A DNA stretch of 64,000 nucleotides, from contig OY730476.1 of the NCBI GenBank assembly GCA_963422735.1, positions 224,001 to 288,000 of the forward strand, written 5' to 3'. Within the stretch, counting starts at the first letter, position 1, and each line of letters begins with the position of its first letter. A program made the position numbers and the translations under genes. Source of the stretch: Candidatus Latescibacterota bacterium (GTDB lineage Bacteria > Latescibacterota > UBA2968 > UBA8231). Of this stretch, positions 27,580 to 37,204 are shown piece by piece. Below the pieces are notes generated by a model, which made no database searches, was not told where the DNA came from, and worked only from the letters and a program-made list of their open reading frames with translations.

Positions 27580-28949
27580 GCGAGAAGCGCCATGTGCAGC
27601 CGCGGCTCTTGGTCGTGCTGCCCGAATCTCAGCAGGCCCGGACGCTGATTTTCTACCTAGAGCAGCGAGCGTACGAAGTGCTCTGGGCGCACGAGGGGCA
27701 AAGCGCGTACGACATACTCGACGCAGATGCTATTGACGCGCTGATCTACGCCCTGCGCGAGAAACGCATCGACGGGTTGCGGGTCCAGCAACTCGCCCAC
27801 AAGCGAAATATAGCCATCTGCGCGATTGCCATCGCCGGGCCTGAAGACATTGAGCTGGGGGTTGAAGCGATGCGCCAAGGGGCCTACGACTTTCAGCTAC
27901 AGCCGCTGAATTTGGACAAGGTCGGTGCGGTGTTGGAAAAGGGCCTGCGCTACCAGCAGCTAGTAGGGGAGGTCTCGGATCTACAGCGCCGCTTAGACGA
28001 GCGCTACCGCTTTGACGACATCGCTCGTCGCTCGTCGCCTTGGCAGCGCATTTACCTCCAGATCGAACAGGTGGCTCAATCGCGCACCAGCGTTCTGATC
28101 GCCGGCGAGACCGGCACGGGCAAGGGCGAGGTGGCAAAAGCCATCCACCAACGGAGCCGACGACGGGAAAATGCCTTCGTCGAAATCAACTGCGGTGCCC
28201 TGCCGGAGAGCTTGGTCGAAAACGAGCTTTTCGGCCACGAAAAGGGAGCCTATACCGGGGCCGTAGCAGCGCGCAAAGGGCGCTTTGAACTGGCCGATCA
28301 AGGCACCTTGTTTCTCGACGAAGTCGGCGACATTCCCCTGCCGACTCAAGTGAAGCTGCTGAGAGTGATTCAGGACGGACGCTTTGAGCGGATCGGCGGC
28401 ACTCAGACCCGGCGGGCCGATGTGCGCTTGATCGCAGCGACGCACCGCGATCTCGAAGCCATGGTGCAGGAGGGCACCTTCCGGGCGGACCTCTTCTACC
28501 GGCTCAACGTGATCAAGATCGAAGTGCCGCCACTGCGCGAGTGCCGCGAGGACATCCCCATTCTGGCCGACGCGTTTATCCGGCAGTTCGCCGCCGAGAA
28601 CAACAAGCGCATCGCGGGCATTCGGCCGCGAGCTTTAGATGTGTTGCGCGATTACGATTGGCCTGGCAATGTAAGAGAATTGAAAAACTGCATCGAGGGC
28701 ATGGTCGTTATGTGCGCCCGCGAAGGCGTGCTCGAGGTCGGGGACATCCCGCGCTACATCAACCGCCAAGAGCGCGTCTTTCCCGGGTTGGGTTTTCGCG
28801 TCGGAATGAGCATGGCCGAGATCGAACAGATGGCCATTGCCGAGACGCTGAAGGCCGTTGGCAACGATCGGCGGCGGGCGGCCGAAATCCTGCAAGTCGG
28901 CCTCAGTACGCTCTATCGCAAGGTAAAGCAATACGGCGGGATTAGCTAG
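27576..28949 (+). CDS. Sigma54-dependent NtrC-family regulator (receiver-like, AAA+, HTH)
   Basis: GETGTGKG, GAYTGA, TLFLDE, WPGNVREL, C-terminal HTH. Confidence 0.9.
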   Translation: MSEKRHVQPRLLVVLPESQQARTLIFYLEQRAYEVLWAHEGQSAYDILDADAIDALIYALREKRIDGLRVQQLAHKRNIAICAIAIAGPEDIELGVEAMRQGAYDFQLQPLNLDKVGAVLEKGLRYQQLVGEVSDLQRRLDERYRFDDIARRSSPWQRIYLQIEQVAQSRTSVLIAGETGTGKGEVAKAIHQRSRRRENAFVEINCGALPESLVENELFGHEKGAYTGAVAARKGRFELADQGTLFLDEVGDIPLPTQVKLLRVIQDGRFERIGGTQTRRADVRLIAATHRDLEAMVQEGTFRADLFYRLNVIKIEVPPLRECREDIPILADAFIRQFAAENNKRIAGIRPRALDVLRDYDWPGNVRELKNCIEGMVVMCAREGVLEVGDIPRYINRQERVFPGLGFRVGMSMAEIEQMAIAETLKAVGNDRRRAAEILQVGLSTLYRKVKQYGGIS

Positions 28950-29059
28950 CTCGCTAGCCTTTAGGCGAGACTATAAGAGTGGCTTTGGCAATCGGCCAAC
29001 GGATCGCACTAAGCGAGCTTGTCCCACCTTTAGGCAGGGTGAATAGGGCTTGGGAGTAG

Positions 29060-30565
29060 TCAACTGCGTTGGTTGTAGTAGTATTTGACGAGCGCGTTGA
29101 GTGCCTCTTGGGGAGCGGCGACCACATCCGCGTCAATGCAGAACTGGCTCAACCCGGCTAGCTTGAGGCCGTGTCCGTAGTCGCTGAACATTTCTTCGCA
29201 CAATTCGCCGGGAGCCATATTCCGCGTGCTGGCTAGGGACTCGATTTGCGTGGAGGCTTCCGGCGTGATCTCCAAGGCGATGCCGTGTTCGCGTTGAAAG
29301 TTGTCGAGAAAGCGGCACAGCGAGGTGTCTTGGAGCAAGCGTTCTAGACCGGCCGCAGGGTTGAGTACGGTATCGGCCTCGACCGTAAAGTGCTCGATGC
29401 CGACGGAGGGGAGCTTTTTTTCGTAGTTAATCAATACTTTTTCAATGGCGCTGACCAAGCCGCGAGCGCCGATGTGCTCGGCGTGTGCGCGCTCGGCTAA
29501 AAGGGCTAGGGCCTCGTCGGCAAATTCGATCTCAATGCCATAGGCGCGGAAGTCGCGCTTCTTCGACAGGATGACGCTGCTTTTGGGGTTGCGGAGGATT
29601 TTGAGGAGATCTTCGGGGCCGAGGCCGTGCAGTACGGCGATGACGGGCAAGCGGCCAATGAACTCGGACTCGAACCCGTATTTGATCAAATCCTCGGCCC
29701 GCACGTGGGACAGGAGCTGATCGGCGTTGAGGTGGGCCGGGTCGGCTTGGGAGCGGAACCCCATGGCGCCTTTGTTGAGTCGACGGCCGATGATTTCGTC
29801 CAGCCCGGAAAAGGCCCCGCTAACAATAAAGAGGATATTGCGGGTATTGACCTTCTGGCGTTCGATCTTGCCCGTCTGCTGCATCTGGATGACGGATTCC
29901 ATCTGCGAGGCAATGTCGTGCGGAGCTTTGAGGTCGACGTCGGTTTCCTCCATCAGCTTGAGCAGGTTGCGCTGGACGCCCGAGCGCGAGACATCTGGGC
30001 CGTGTACTCCCTGTGCAGAGGCGATTTTGTCGATTTCGTCGATGTATATGATGCCACACTGGGCGCGTTCGATATCGCCGTCGGCCTCGCGGACTAGATC
30101 GCGCACCAAGTCTTCGACATCGCCGCCGACATAGCCGGTCTCGCTGAATTTGGTGGCATCGCCCTTGACGAAAGGGACGCCGATTTTGCGGGCGATAAGG
30201 CGGACTAGATAGGTTTTTCCCACGCCGGTAGGGCCGACCATCAACACGTTGTTCTTGATGTTGCCGACGAGCCCTTCTTCTTCCTCTGGGGGCAGTTTTA
30301 AGCGGTTGAAGTGCGTGCAGATCTTGGTGGCGAGAATGGCCTTGGCTTCTTGCTGCTTGATTACGTATTGATCGAGATAGGCCTCTAATTCTTCCGGTTT
30401 GAGATCGAAATGGAGGGCCTCGGACTCGACCGTCTGCACACCTTCGCCCTCGGTGGCGGAAGCTTCGGGCTGGGCTGGCGCTTGCTCTTGTTCTTCGATT
30501 TGTCTAGCTAGGAGACGGCGCAGTTTTTCTGGGTCGATCTCCACTTTTTCAGCACGCGGTTGCAT
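29060..30565 (-). CDS. ClpX-like AAA+ ATPase lacking the zinc-binding domain
   Basis: GPTGVGKT, ETGYVGGDVE, IIYIDEIDK, DVSRSGVQ, GARGL. Confidence 0.85.
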   Translation of the reverse strand: MQPRAEKVEIDPEKLRRLLARQIEEQEQAPAQPEASATEGEGVQTVESEALHFDLKPEELEAYLDQYVIKQQEAKAILATKICTHFNRLKLPPEEEEGLVGNIKNNVLMVGPTGVGKTYLVRLIARKIGVPFVKGDATKFSETGYVGGDVEDLVRDLVREADGDIERAQCGIIYIDEIDKIASAQGVHGPDVSRSGVQRNLLKLMEETDVDLKAPHDIASQMESVIQMQQTGKIERQKVNTRNILFIVSGAFSGLDEIIGRRLNKGAMGFRSQADPAHLNADQLLSHVRAEDLIKYGFESEFIGRLPVIAVLHGLGPEDLLKILRNPKSSVILSKKRDFRAYGIEIEFADEALALLAERAHAEHIGARGLVSAIEKVLINYEKKLPSVGIEHFTVEADTVLNPAAGLERLLQDTSLCRFLDNFQREHGIALEITPEASTQIESLASTRNMAPGELCEEMFSDYGHGLKLAGLSQFCIDADVVAAPQEALNALVKYYYNQRS

Positions 30566-30667
30566 ATATTACCTAAGGAAAGGTTGGAAATGCAGTGGCG
30601 TAAAAAATATACTCGTCCTCTCAGATGTGGACAACCTGGGCCCCGTGCCTTTTTCCCGCCTGCTTCT

Positions 30668-32569
30668 ATGCAGCGCATTGCTCGCTACGTATGCGTGGTC
30701 CTCGCGGCGGTGCTGGCACCGAACTTCGCAGAAGGGCAGGTGCGCCCGTGGACGTACTCGGCCGACGCCGAAAAGACCTTTGGCAGCGGGCTTGAGGCAT
30801 ATCAGCAGGGGCGTTTCGACGAGGCACTCAACCACCTGCGGCAGCTAGCGGAGTTCCCGCTCAATCAGCGGTCCAGCGCAGGCCAGTTCCTCTTGGGAAA
30901 AACTCTGTACCGCCTAGGTCGCTTCGCCGAAGCCATCGACGCAGCCTTGGTCTTGCAGCGCAGATTTCCCAAGAGCCGCTACCTGCCCAATGCCCGGCTG
31001 TTGATCGGCGACTCGTTTTTCAACAGCAAGCACCACCGCGAAGCCGCATCCCAGTACGGCCGTTTGTTGGCCGCTCAGGCTCCTCTTGGCATCCAGGCCC
31101 AAGCAGCCGAGCGGTTGGCGGCCATGGATTGGAACGTACAGATAAAAGAACAAGAGCTGACTCGCCTGCGTCAGGCCGTAGGGGCCGGGCGGCTGCGCGA
31201 GGCCCTGTTTTTTGGCCGGGCGCGCTGGCATCAGCGTCTCGGCTGGGAAGAGGAAGCCGCCCAGGCGATGCAGACCTATCGCGATAGCGTTGTCAACGGC
31301 ATATTCGCTCCGTTGGCCGACGTCTGGGGGGGCGGGCAGCACGCACAGCGCCCGGGCGTTGGTTCGGGATCGCCCCGGTTGGGCTTGTTGCTGCCGGTGA
31401 CCGGGCCGTATCGCCGAATCGGCGAGGAGCTCCGCGAGGGGGTGCAATTGGCCAATCGGGAAGCCGGCAGTCCCTTTGAACTTGTAGTCGCCGACACCGG
31501 GGTTGACTATGGTAATTTGCCCATCGGCACCGATCGCGGCGGCGACGTTAGCGAAAGCTCGGCCAGCGGTTTGTTGCGCGTAGCGTACGGTGCCCAGCAG
31601 TTGCTGGACCAAGGGGTCGTGGCCATCGTCGGTCCTCTCTTTAGCAGCTCTAGCGTAGTGGCGGCCACGGTCGCCGCGCGCGCTGGCGTTCCCCTGTTGG
31701 TGCCGCTGGCCCAACAGAGCGGCTTGGATTCGCTCGGCCACAGCGTTTTCCAGTTGAGCACGGTCCCGAAGACGCAGGCGCGTCTGTTGGGCGAGTATGC
31801 GACCCTCGTCCTTGGTTTGGAGCATTTAGTGATTGTTTCTCCTCTTAGCGACTACGGCTGGGACTTCGCGCGCGAGTTCACCCGCATTGCCGAGCGCAAC
31901 GGCGGCCAGATCGCGCACAGCGATTGGTATGTCCCCAACGAGACGAAAGATTTTCGCCGCGTCTTCGAGGAGATCCGCGCGGCCGGTTTTGCGCTGAGGC
32001 CGCCCCCCCCAGATACGCTTGAAGTAGTCGAGGAAGGGGAAGAGTTAGAAGCGGATATGTTTATCGACACCATCGACGGGGTAGTAGTGGTGGTCGAGAG
32101 CTTTGCGGACGCGAAGACGATCGCGCCGCAGGTGCGTTTTCATCGCTTGCAAACCCAAGTCCTCGGCAACGATGCTTGGTGGGATCCCGAAGCCATCCGC
32201 CAGATGCGCCCGGGCGAGCGCAAGAATTTCGACGGAGTCATTTTCGTTTCCGCGCGGCAAGCCGAGTCCGCGGCTGCTCGGTCGTTTGTCAGCGCCTTTC
32301 GCAAGCAATTCCGCCGCGACCCACACTACGCGGCGGCTGGCTACGACGCGACCCACTTGCTCATCGACGGATGGGGGCAAGGACACCGCGATCCAGCGGC
32401 GCTGATCGAGTGGTTGGCCAAGGTCCGTTTCTACGAAGGAGCCTCGGGCGCGATCTCCCTGTCGCCGGACGTGCGCTCCAACAGTGCGCTGACCTTGCTC
32501 AAAATCGAGCGCGACGAGATGCGCTCACTTGGCACGGGCGATCTCCCGAAAATGGGTGCCGTCGAGTAG
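30668..32569 (+). CDS. TPR plus type I periplasmic-binding-fold protein (LppC/LpoA-like)
   Basis: Signal peptide; TPRs; LGLLLPVTG, AIVGPL, AAGYDA, YEGASG. Confidence 0.75.
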   Translation: MQRIARYVCVVLAAVLAPNFAEGQVRPWTYSADAEKTFGSGLEAYQQGRFDEALNHLRQLAEFPLNQRSSAGQFLLGKTLYRLGRFAEAIDAALVLQRRFPKSRYLPNARLLIGDSFFNSKHHREAASQYGRLLAAQAPLGIQAQAAERLAAMDWNVQIKEQELTRLRQAVGAGRLREALFFGRARWHQRLGWEEEAAQAMQTYRDSVVNGIFAPLADVWGGGQHAQRPGVGSGSPRLGLLLPVTGPYRRIGEELREGVQLANREAGSPFELVVADTGVDYGNLPIGTDRGGDVSESSASGLLRVAYGAQQLLDQGVVAIVGPLFSSSSVVAATVAARAGVPLLVPLAQQSGLDSLGHSVFQLSTVPKTQARLLGEYATLVLGLEHLVIVSPLSDYGWDFAREFTRIAERNGGQIAHSDWYVPNETKDFRRVFEEIRAAGFALRPPPPDTLEVVEEGEELEADMFIDTIDGVVVVVESFADAKTIAPQVRFHRLQTQVLGNDAWWDPEAIRQMRPGERKNFDGVIFVSARQAESAAARSFVSAFRKQFRRDPHYAAAGYDATHLLIDGWGQGHRDPAALIEWLAKVRFYEGASGAISLSPDVRSNSALTLLKIERDEMRSLGTGDLPKMGAVE

Positions 32570-32590
32570 GAAGCGTCGCGTTGCCAAGTA

Positions 32591-32619
32591 TTGCGTTCCT
32601 AGTTAACCGAATTTATATT
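32591..32619 (+). promoter_or_regulatory. Possible sigma70 promoter
   Basis: TTGCGT-N17-TATATT in the AT-rich gap before 32660. Confidence 0.45.
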
Positions 32620-32659
32620 ATTGATTTTGTATTTTTAGTTATAGTCAAGAGGCAAAGCT

Positions 32660-32947
32660 ATGCCCACATACGAATACGAATGCCAGCAGTGCGGCCACCG
32701 ATTTGAAGAGTTTCAAAGCATCACGGCCGCGCCGCGCCAGACCTGCCCGGAAACACATTGTAAAGGGCCGGTCAAGCGGCTCATCGGCATGGGCGGCGGC
32801 CTGCTCTTCAAAGGAACGGGCTTTTACGCAACCGACTATCGCAGCGATGGATACCAGAAGGCAGCTAAGGCCGACAAAGACAGTGGCAGCGGCAAAACGG
32901 CCGACAAAAAAAGCAGCGGCAAAGCGAATACCGCCAAAACAGATTGA
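32660..32947 (+). CDS. FmdB-family zinc-ribbon protein
   Basis: MPTYEYECQQCGHRFE...CP...C...FKGTGFYATDY. Confidence 0.92.
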   Translation: MPTYEYECQQCGHRFEEFQSITAAPRQTCPETHCKGPVKRLIGMGGGLLFKGTGFYATDYRSDGYQKAAKADKDSGSGKTADKKSSGKANTAKTD

Positions 32948-32982
32948 GGAACTTTCCCACGCGATGCGTGGTTAAAACACAG

Positions 32983-33474
32983 ATGTGGTCGAAGATACTA
33001 ATGGGAATTTTTAGCGTCGGTGTCTGGTGGGGAGGTTGCGGCCAGCAGAGTGCTGAAGAGCTGTTCGCAGCCGGCGAGGCCGCTGCGGCCGACCCCGCCA
33101 CGGCCGACCAAGCAGTCGCGCATTTTACGGCTTTTCTCGAGCGCTTTTCCCAAGCTTCCCAAGCCCCAGAGGCGCTGAGAAAGCTCGCCAGCTTGTCCCA
33201 GCAGCAGGGGAAGATGCAGGAGGCCATTGGTTATTACGAGCGCGTGTTGGCCGAATATCCCGACAGCGGGCACGGCGATGAAGCCCAATTTATGATCGCC
33301 TTTATATACGAGGAATACATCCGCGACCTAGAGGAAGCGCGGCGGGCCTATCGGCGCGTGATTGAGAACTACCCTGATTCCGAGCTCGCGATCAGTGCTC
33401 GGCACCTGTTGCCCAATGTTGGGCGTGCTCCCCAAGAATGGGTCCAATTTCAGGACAAGGTCGCCGTCCCTTAA
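32983..33474 (+). CDS. TPR lipoprotein (BamD/CpoB-like)
   Basis: GGC lipobox-like motif; YERVLAEYPDS, YRRVIENYPDS. Confidence 0.75.
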   Translation: MWSKILMGIFSVGVWWGGCGQQSAEELFAAGEAAAADPATADQAVAHFTAFLERFSQASQAPEALRKLASLSQQQGKMQEAIGYYERVLAEYPDSGHGDEAQFMIAFIYEEYIRDLEEARRAYRRVIENYPDSELAISARHLLPNVGRAPQEWVQFQDKVAVP

Positions 33475-33516
33475 ATACATTAGAAGTTGCCATAGAGGTC
33501 TGAGGCAGCTTGGCCC

Positions 33517-33547
33517 AGCCGCTTGCGAATCCGCAGGGCGGCTTTTT
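33517..33547 (+). terminator. Rho-independent terminator
   Basis: AGCCGCTTGCG-AATC-CGCAGGGCGGCT followed by a T-tract. Confidence 0.6.
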
Positions 33548-33584
33548 ATTGGATAAAGCCCAGCGCATATCGAGAGCACAGCCG

Positions 33585-34583
33585 ATGACGCAAACAACAA
33601 TAGACATCCACGCCATTAGCGAGCAGGTCCAGCGCGAGAGCTTGGTGGTGGAGCGCATTTTGCAGGAGATGGACCGGGTCATCGTCGGCCAACGCGCCAT
33701 GGTGGAGCGAATCTTGATGGGGTTGTTGTGCAACGGCCACATCCTCCTTGAAGGGGTGCCCGGACTGGCCAAAACCCTGACGGTGGCGACGCTGGCGAGG
33801 ATCGTGGCCGCCCGTTTCAAGCGAATTCAGTTTACCCCTGATCTTTTGCCCGCCGATCTGACCGGTACCACCATCTACAACCAGCACCAAGGAATCTTCA
33901 TCCCTAAGAAAGGCCCGATCTTCGCCCATTTGATCTTGGCCGACGAGATCAACCGGGCACCAGCCAAAGTACAGAGCGCTCTCTTGGAGTGCATGCAAGA
34001 GCGACAGGTGACCATCGGCGAGGAAACCTATTCACTCGACGACCCGTTCTTGGTCATGGCCACCCAGAACCCAATTGATCAAGAGGGAACCTATCCACTG
34101 CCCGAGGCTCAAATCGATCGCTTCATGCTTAAAGTAAAAGTCGATTACCCATCGCGCACCGAGGAGCGGCTGATCTTGGACCGCATGGCCAACGACGGCT
34201 CGATCGAGGTGGAGCAAACCGTGAGCATCGACGAAATACGCCGCCTGCGCGAGGTGGTGGAGATCGTCTATATCGACGATAAGATCAAGGATTACGTTGT
34301 CGATCTCGTCCAAGCCACCCGGCGACCAGCCGACTACGGCTTGGCCGACATGGCGCCGCTGGTCGAGTACGGGGCCTCGCCGCGGGCCGCTATTTTTCTC
34401 GTCCGCACGGCGCGCGCCCACGCCTTCATTCAGCGGCGCGGCTACGTCACCCCGGAAGATGTTAAGGCCGTGGGGGCCGATGTACTCAGGCATCGGATCA
34501 TCGCCTCGTACGAGGCCGAAGCCGAGGAAATCGACAGCGATCGCATCGTGCAGCAACTCTTCGACCATATCGAAGTTCCCTAA
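33585..34583 (+). CDS. moxR: MoxR-family AAA+ ATPase
   Basis: LEGVPGLAKT, RIQFTPDLLPAD, ADEINRAPAKVQSALLE, ATQNPI, YPLPEAQ.DRF. Confidence 0.95.
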   Translation: MTQTTIDIHAISEQVQRESLVVERILQEMDRVIVGQRAMVERILMGLLCNGHILLEGVPGLAKTLTVATLARIVAARFKRIQFTPDLLPADLTGTTIYNQHQGIFIPKKGPIFAHLILADEINRAPAKVQSALLECMQERQVTIGEETYSLDDPFLVMATQNPIDQEGTYPLPEAQIDRFMLKVKVDYPSRTEERLILDRMANDGSIEVEQTVSIDEIRRLREVVEIVYIDDKIKDYVVDLVQATRRPADYGLADMAPLVEYGASPRAAIFLVRTARAHAFIQRRGYVTPEDVKAVGADVLRHRIIASYEAEAEEIDSDRIVQQLFDHIEVP

Positions 34584-34597
34584 AGTCGAGTTGAGCC

Positions 34598-35473
34598 GTG
34601 ATTCCCAAAGAGATACTCGACAAAGTTCGCCTGATCGAAATCCACACCCGCAGTATGGTGAACAATCTCTTCGCGGGCGAATACCACTCGGCGTTCAAAG
34701 GACGGGGGATGGAGTTTGCCGAAGCGCGCGAATATCAGCCCGGCGACGATGTGCGTCACATCGACTGGAATGTGACGGCGCGGGTGGGCGCGCCCTTCAT
34801 CAAAATATTCGACGAAGAGCGCGAACTGACCGCCGTGCTGGTGGTAGATGCTAGCGCGTCCGGGGCCTTTGGCTCACAGCAGCAAATGAAGGGAGAAGTT
34901 GCGGTCGAGGTCTCGGCGCTGTTGGCCTTTAGCGCGATCAAGAACAACGACCGCGTGGGCCTGCTCATCTTCACCGACGAGGTCGAGGTCTTTGTGCCGC
35001 CAAAAAAGGGGCGCAAGCACGTGTTGCGCGTACTGCGCGAGCTGCTGTACTTTCAGCCGCAGGGGCGCAAGACCTCCATCGCCGGGGCCTTGGAATACCT
35101 CAGCCGCGTCCTGCACCGCCGCAGCGTGATCTTTGTCATCTCCGACTTTCTCGACCAAGGCTACGAGCCGGCGCTGCGGCACTTGAGCCAGCGCCACGAC
35201 TTGATCGCCGTGGTGGTGAGCGACCCGCGCGAGTGGGAACTACCCGATGTTGGTTTTATCAATTTGCAAGACGCCGAGACCGGCCAACAGGTGCTCGTCG
35301 ATAGCGGCCACGAGGGCGTGCGCGCGTTTTTCGCCGCCGAACAACAGGCCGCGGCCGAGCGCCGCAGCACTTTATTGCACAAAGCGGGCGTTGACGAAAT
35401 CGCGATTGATCTGTCGCGCCCTTATGTCGAACCCCTCATTCACTTTTTTCGTACGCGGATGCAGCGACACTAA
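34598..35473 (+). CDS. DUF58 (VWA-like) protein
   Basis: FKGRGMEFAEAREYQPGDDVRHIDWNVTAR; ISDF. Confidence 0.92.
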   Translation: MIPKEILDKVRLIEIHTRSMVNNLFAGEYHSAFKGRGMEFAEAREYQPGDDVRHIDWNVTARVGAPFIKIFDEERELTAVLVVDASASGAFGSQQQMKGEVAVEVSALLAFSAIKNNDRVGLLIFTDEVEVFVPPKKGRKHVLRVLRELLYFQPQGRKTSIAGALEYLSRVLHRRSVIFVISDFLDQGYEPALRHLSQRHDLIAVVVSDPREWELPDVGFINLQDAETGQQVLVDSGHEGVRAFFAAEQQAAAERRSTLLHKAGVDEIAIDLSRPYVEPLIHFFRTRMQRH

Positions 35474-35485
35474 GGAGGAAGTACA

Positions 35486-36418
35486 GTGATTGAAGTACGC
35501 GAACTGTCCAAATACTACGGAGATGTCGTCGCCGTGGAAAATGTGTCCTTCAGCGTTGACAAGGGCGTCATCCTCGGTTTCCTCGGGCCAAATGGCGCGG
35601 GCAAGACCACGACGATGCGCATGCTTACCTGTTATTTGCCGCCTTCGCAGGGAGAAGCCAAAGTCGCTGGTTTCGACATTATCGAAGAGTCCATAGAGGT
35701 GCGCAAGCGCATCGGCTACCTGCCCGAGCAGCCGCCGCTCTACCACGATATGACGGTAAACGCCTATCTGCGCTTCGTGGCCAAAATCAAGGGCGTGCCT
35801 AGTGCGGCTCTCAACAGTCGGCTTGACGACACCATGGAAAAAACCGGCATTGCCCACCACCGCCACACGGTGATCGGCCACCTGTCCAAGGGCTACCGGC
35901 AGCGCGTCGGCTTGGCCCAAGCCCTCGTCCACGAACCGGAGGTGCTCATTCTCGACGAGCCGACTGTGGGCCTTGACCCCAAGCAGATCATCGAGATTCG
36001 CGAGGTCATCAAGGGGCTGGGGGGCGACCATACGGTCATTCTCAGCACCCATATCCTGCCAGAGGTGAGCATGACTTGCGGGCAACTGGCGATCATCAAC
36101 AACGGCCGCATCGCCGGCCAAGGCACGCCCGAAAGCCTCATGGCCCAGCTCAAGGAAGGCGAGGTGCTGAGTGCCCACATAGACGGCCCCAGCGAGCAGG
36201 TGCTGGGCATGATCGGCCAGCTAGCGGGCGTGCTGGAGGTGGAAACCAGTGGCGAGGAGGGCGCGTACGTGGTGACGAGCGCACCCGGAGCCGACGTGCG
36301 CGACGACCTGACCCGCAAGGTCGTGGAAAGCGGCTTCAGCCTCCGCGAATTGCGGCCGCTGGACATGACCCTCGAAGACATTTTCCTGAGCCTGACTAGT
36401 GAGGAGGTAGCAGCTTAA
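35486..36418 (+). CDS. ABC transporter ATP-binding protein, GldA-like
   Basis: GPNGAGKTT, LSKGYRQRVGLAQA, LDEPT, STHILPEV. Confidence 0.92.
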   Translation: MIEVRELSKYYGDVVAVENVSFSVDKGVILGFLGPNGAGKTTTMRMLTCYLPPSQGEAKVAGFDIIEESIEVRKRIGYLPEQPPLYHDMTVNAYLRFVAKIKGVPSAALNSRLDDTMEKTGIAHHRHTVIGHLSKGYRQRVGLAQALVHEPEVLILDEPTVGLDPKQIIEIREVIKGLGGDHTVILSTHILPEVSMTCGQLAIINNGRIAGQGTPESLMAQLKEGEVLSAHIDGPSEQVLGMIGQLAGVLEVETSGEEGAYVVTSAPGADVRDDLTRKVVESGFSLRELRPLDMTLEDIFLSLTSEEVAA

Positions 36419-36419
36419 A

Positions 36420-37202
36420 ATGCGTAATTTTGCCGCTGTGTACACCAAAGAGATGCGCTCCTATTTTGTTTCGCCGGTCGCCTATGTGATCGCTGGCGTC
36501 TTCCTGTTTCTCTCGGGCTATCTGTTTCGCAACATCCTGATGCAGTTCAACCTCTGGTGCTTGCAGTTTGGCCAGCGGGCGGAGATGGGCATGGGGGGGA
36601 TGCCGGCGCTCAATCTCAACGAGATGGTCGTCACCCAATTCTTTGCGGTCATGGACTTCATCTGGCTCTTGGTCATCCCGATGCTGACCATGCGGCTGTT
36701 TGCCGAGGAGAAAAAGTCGGGCACCATCGAATTGCTGATGACCTCGCCGCTGCGCACCATCGAAGTGATGTTGGGCAAGTTCTTGGCCTGCTTTTCGCTC
36801 TACGGCATCATCGTCAGCCTGACGCTGATCTACTTTGCCATCCTCGAAGTGTACGGCTCGCCCGACTGGGGCCCGATTTTTTCCGGCTATCTCGGCTATT
36901 TGTTCCTCGGCGCGACCTTTATCTCCGTGGGCATCCTAGCCTCGGCGCTGACCGAAAATCAGATCGTCGCCGTGCTTTTGACCTTTGGCATGTTGCTCCT
37001 TTTTTGGCTCATCGACTGGTCGGCTAGCTTTGCCGGCCCGACGGCCGCCAAAATTTTGCAGTACCTCTCCTTTATAGATCACCTCGAAGATTTCCAGCGC
37101 GGGGTCATCGACACCAAGGATGTGGTGTTCTACCTGAGCTTTACCTTTTTCTGCTTGTTTTTGACCACGCGCGTCATTGAATCGCGGAGATGGAGGCGCT
37201 GA
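36420..37202 (+). CDS. ABC-2 permease, GldF-like
   Basis: KEMRSYFVSP; TMRLFAEEKKSGTIELLMTSP; FQRGVID. Confidence 0.9.
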   Translation: MRNFAAVYTKEMRSYFVSPVAYVIAGVFLFLSGYLFRNILMQFNLWCLQFGQRAEMGMGGMPALNLNEMVVTQFFAVMDFIWLLVIPMLTMRLFAEEKKSGTIELLMTSPLRTIEVMLGKFLACFSLYGIIVSLTLIYFAILEVYGSPDWGPIFSGYLGYLFLGATFISVGILASALTENQIVAVLLTFGMLLLFWLIDWSASFAGPTAAKILQYLSFIDHLEDFQRGVIDTKDVVFYLSFTFFCLFLTTRVIESRRWRR

Positions 37203-37204
37203 GC

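Noticed and set aside
28944-29040. Short inverted repeat AGCTCGCTAG/CTAAGCGAGCT between convergent genes
   Set aside because: Too short and imperfect to call beyond a possible terminator-like hairpin
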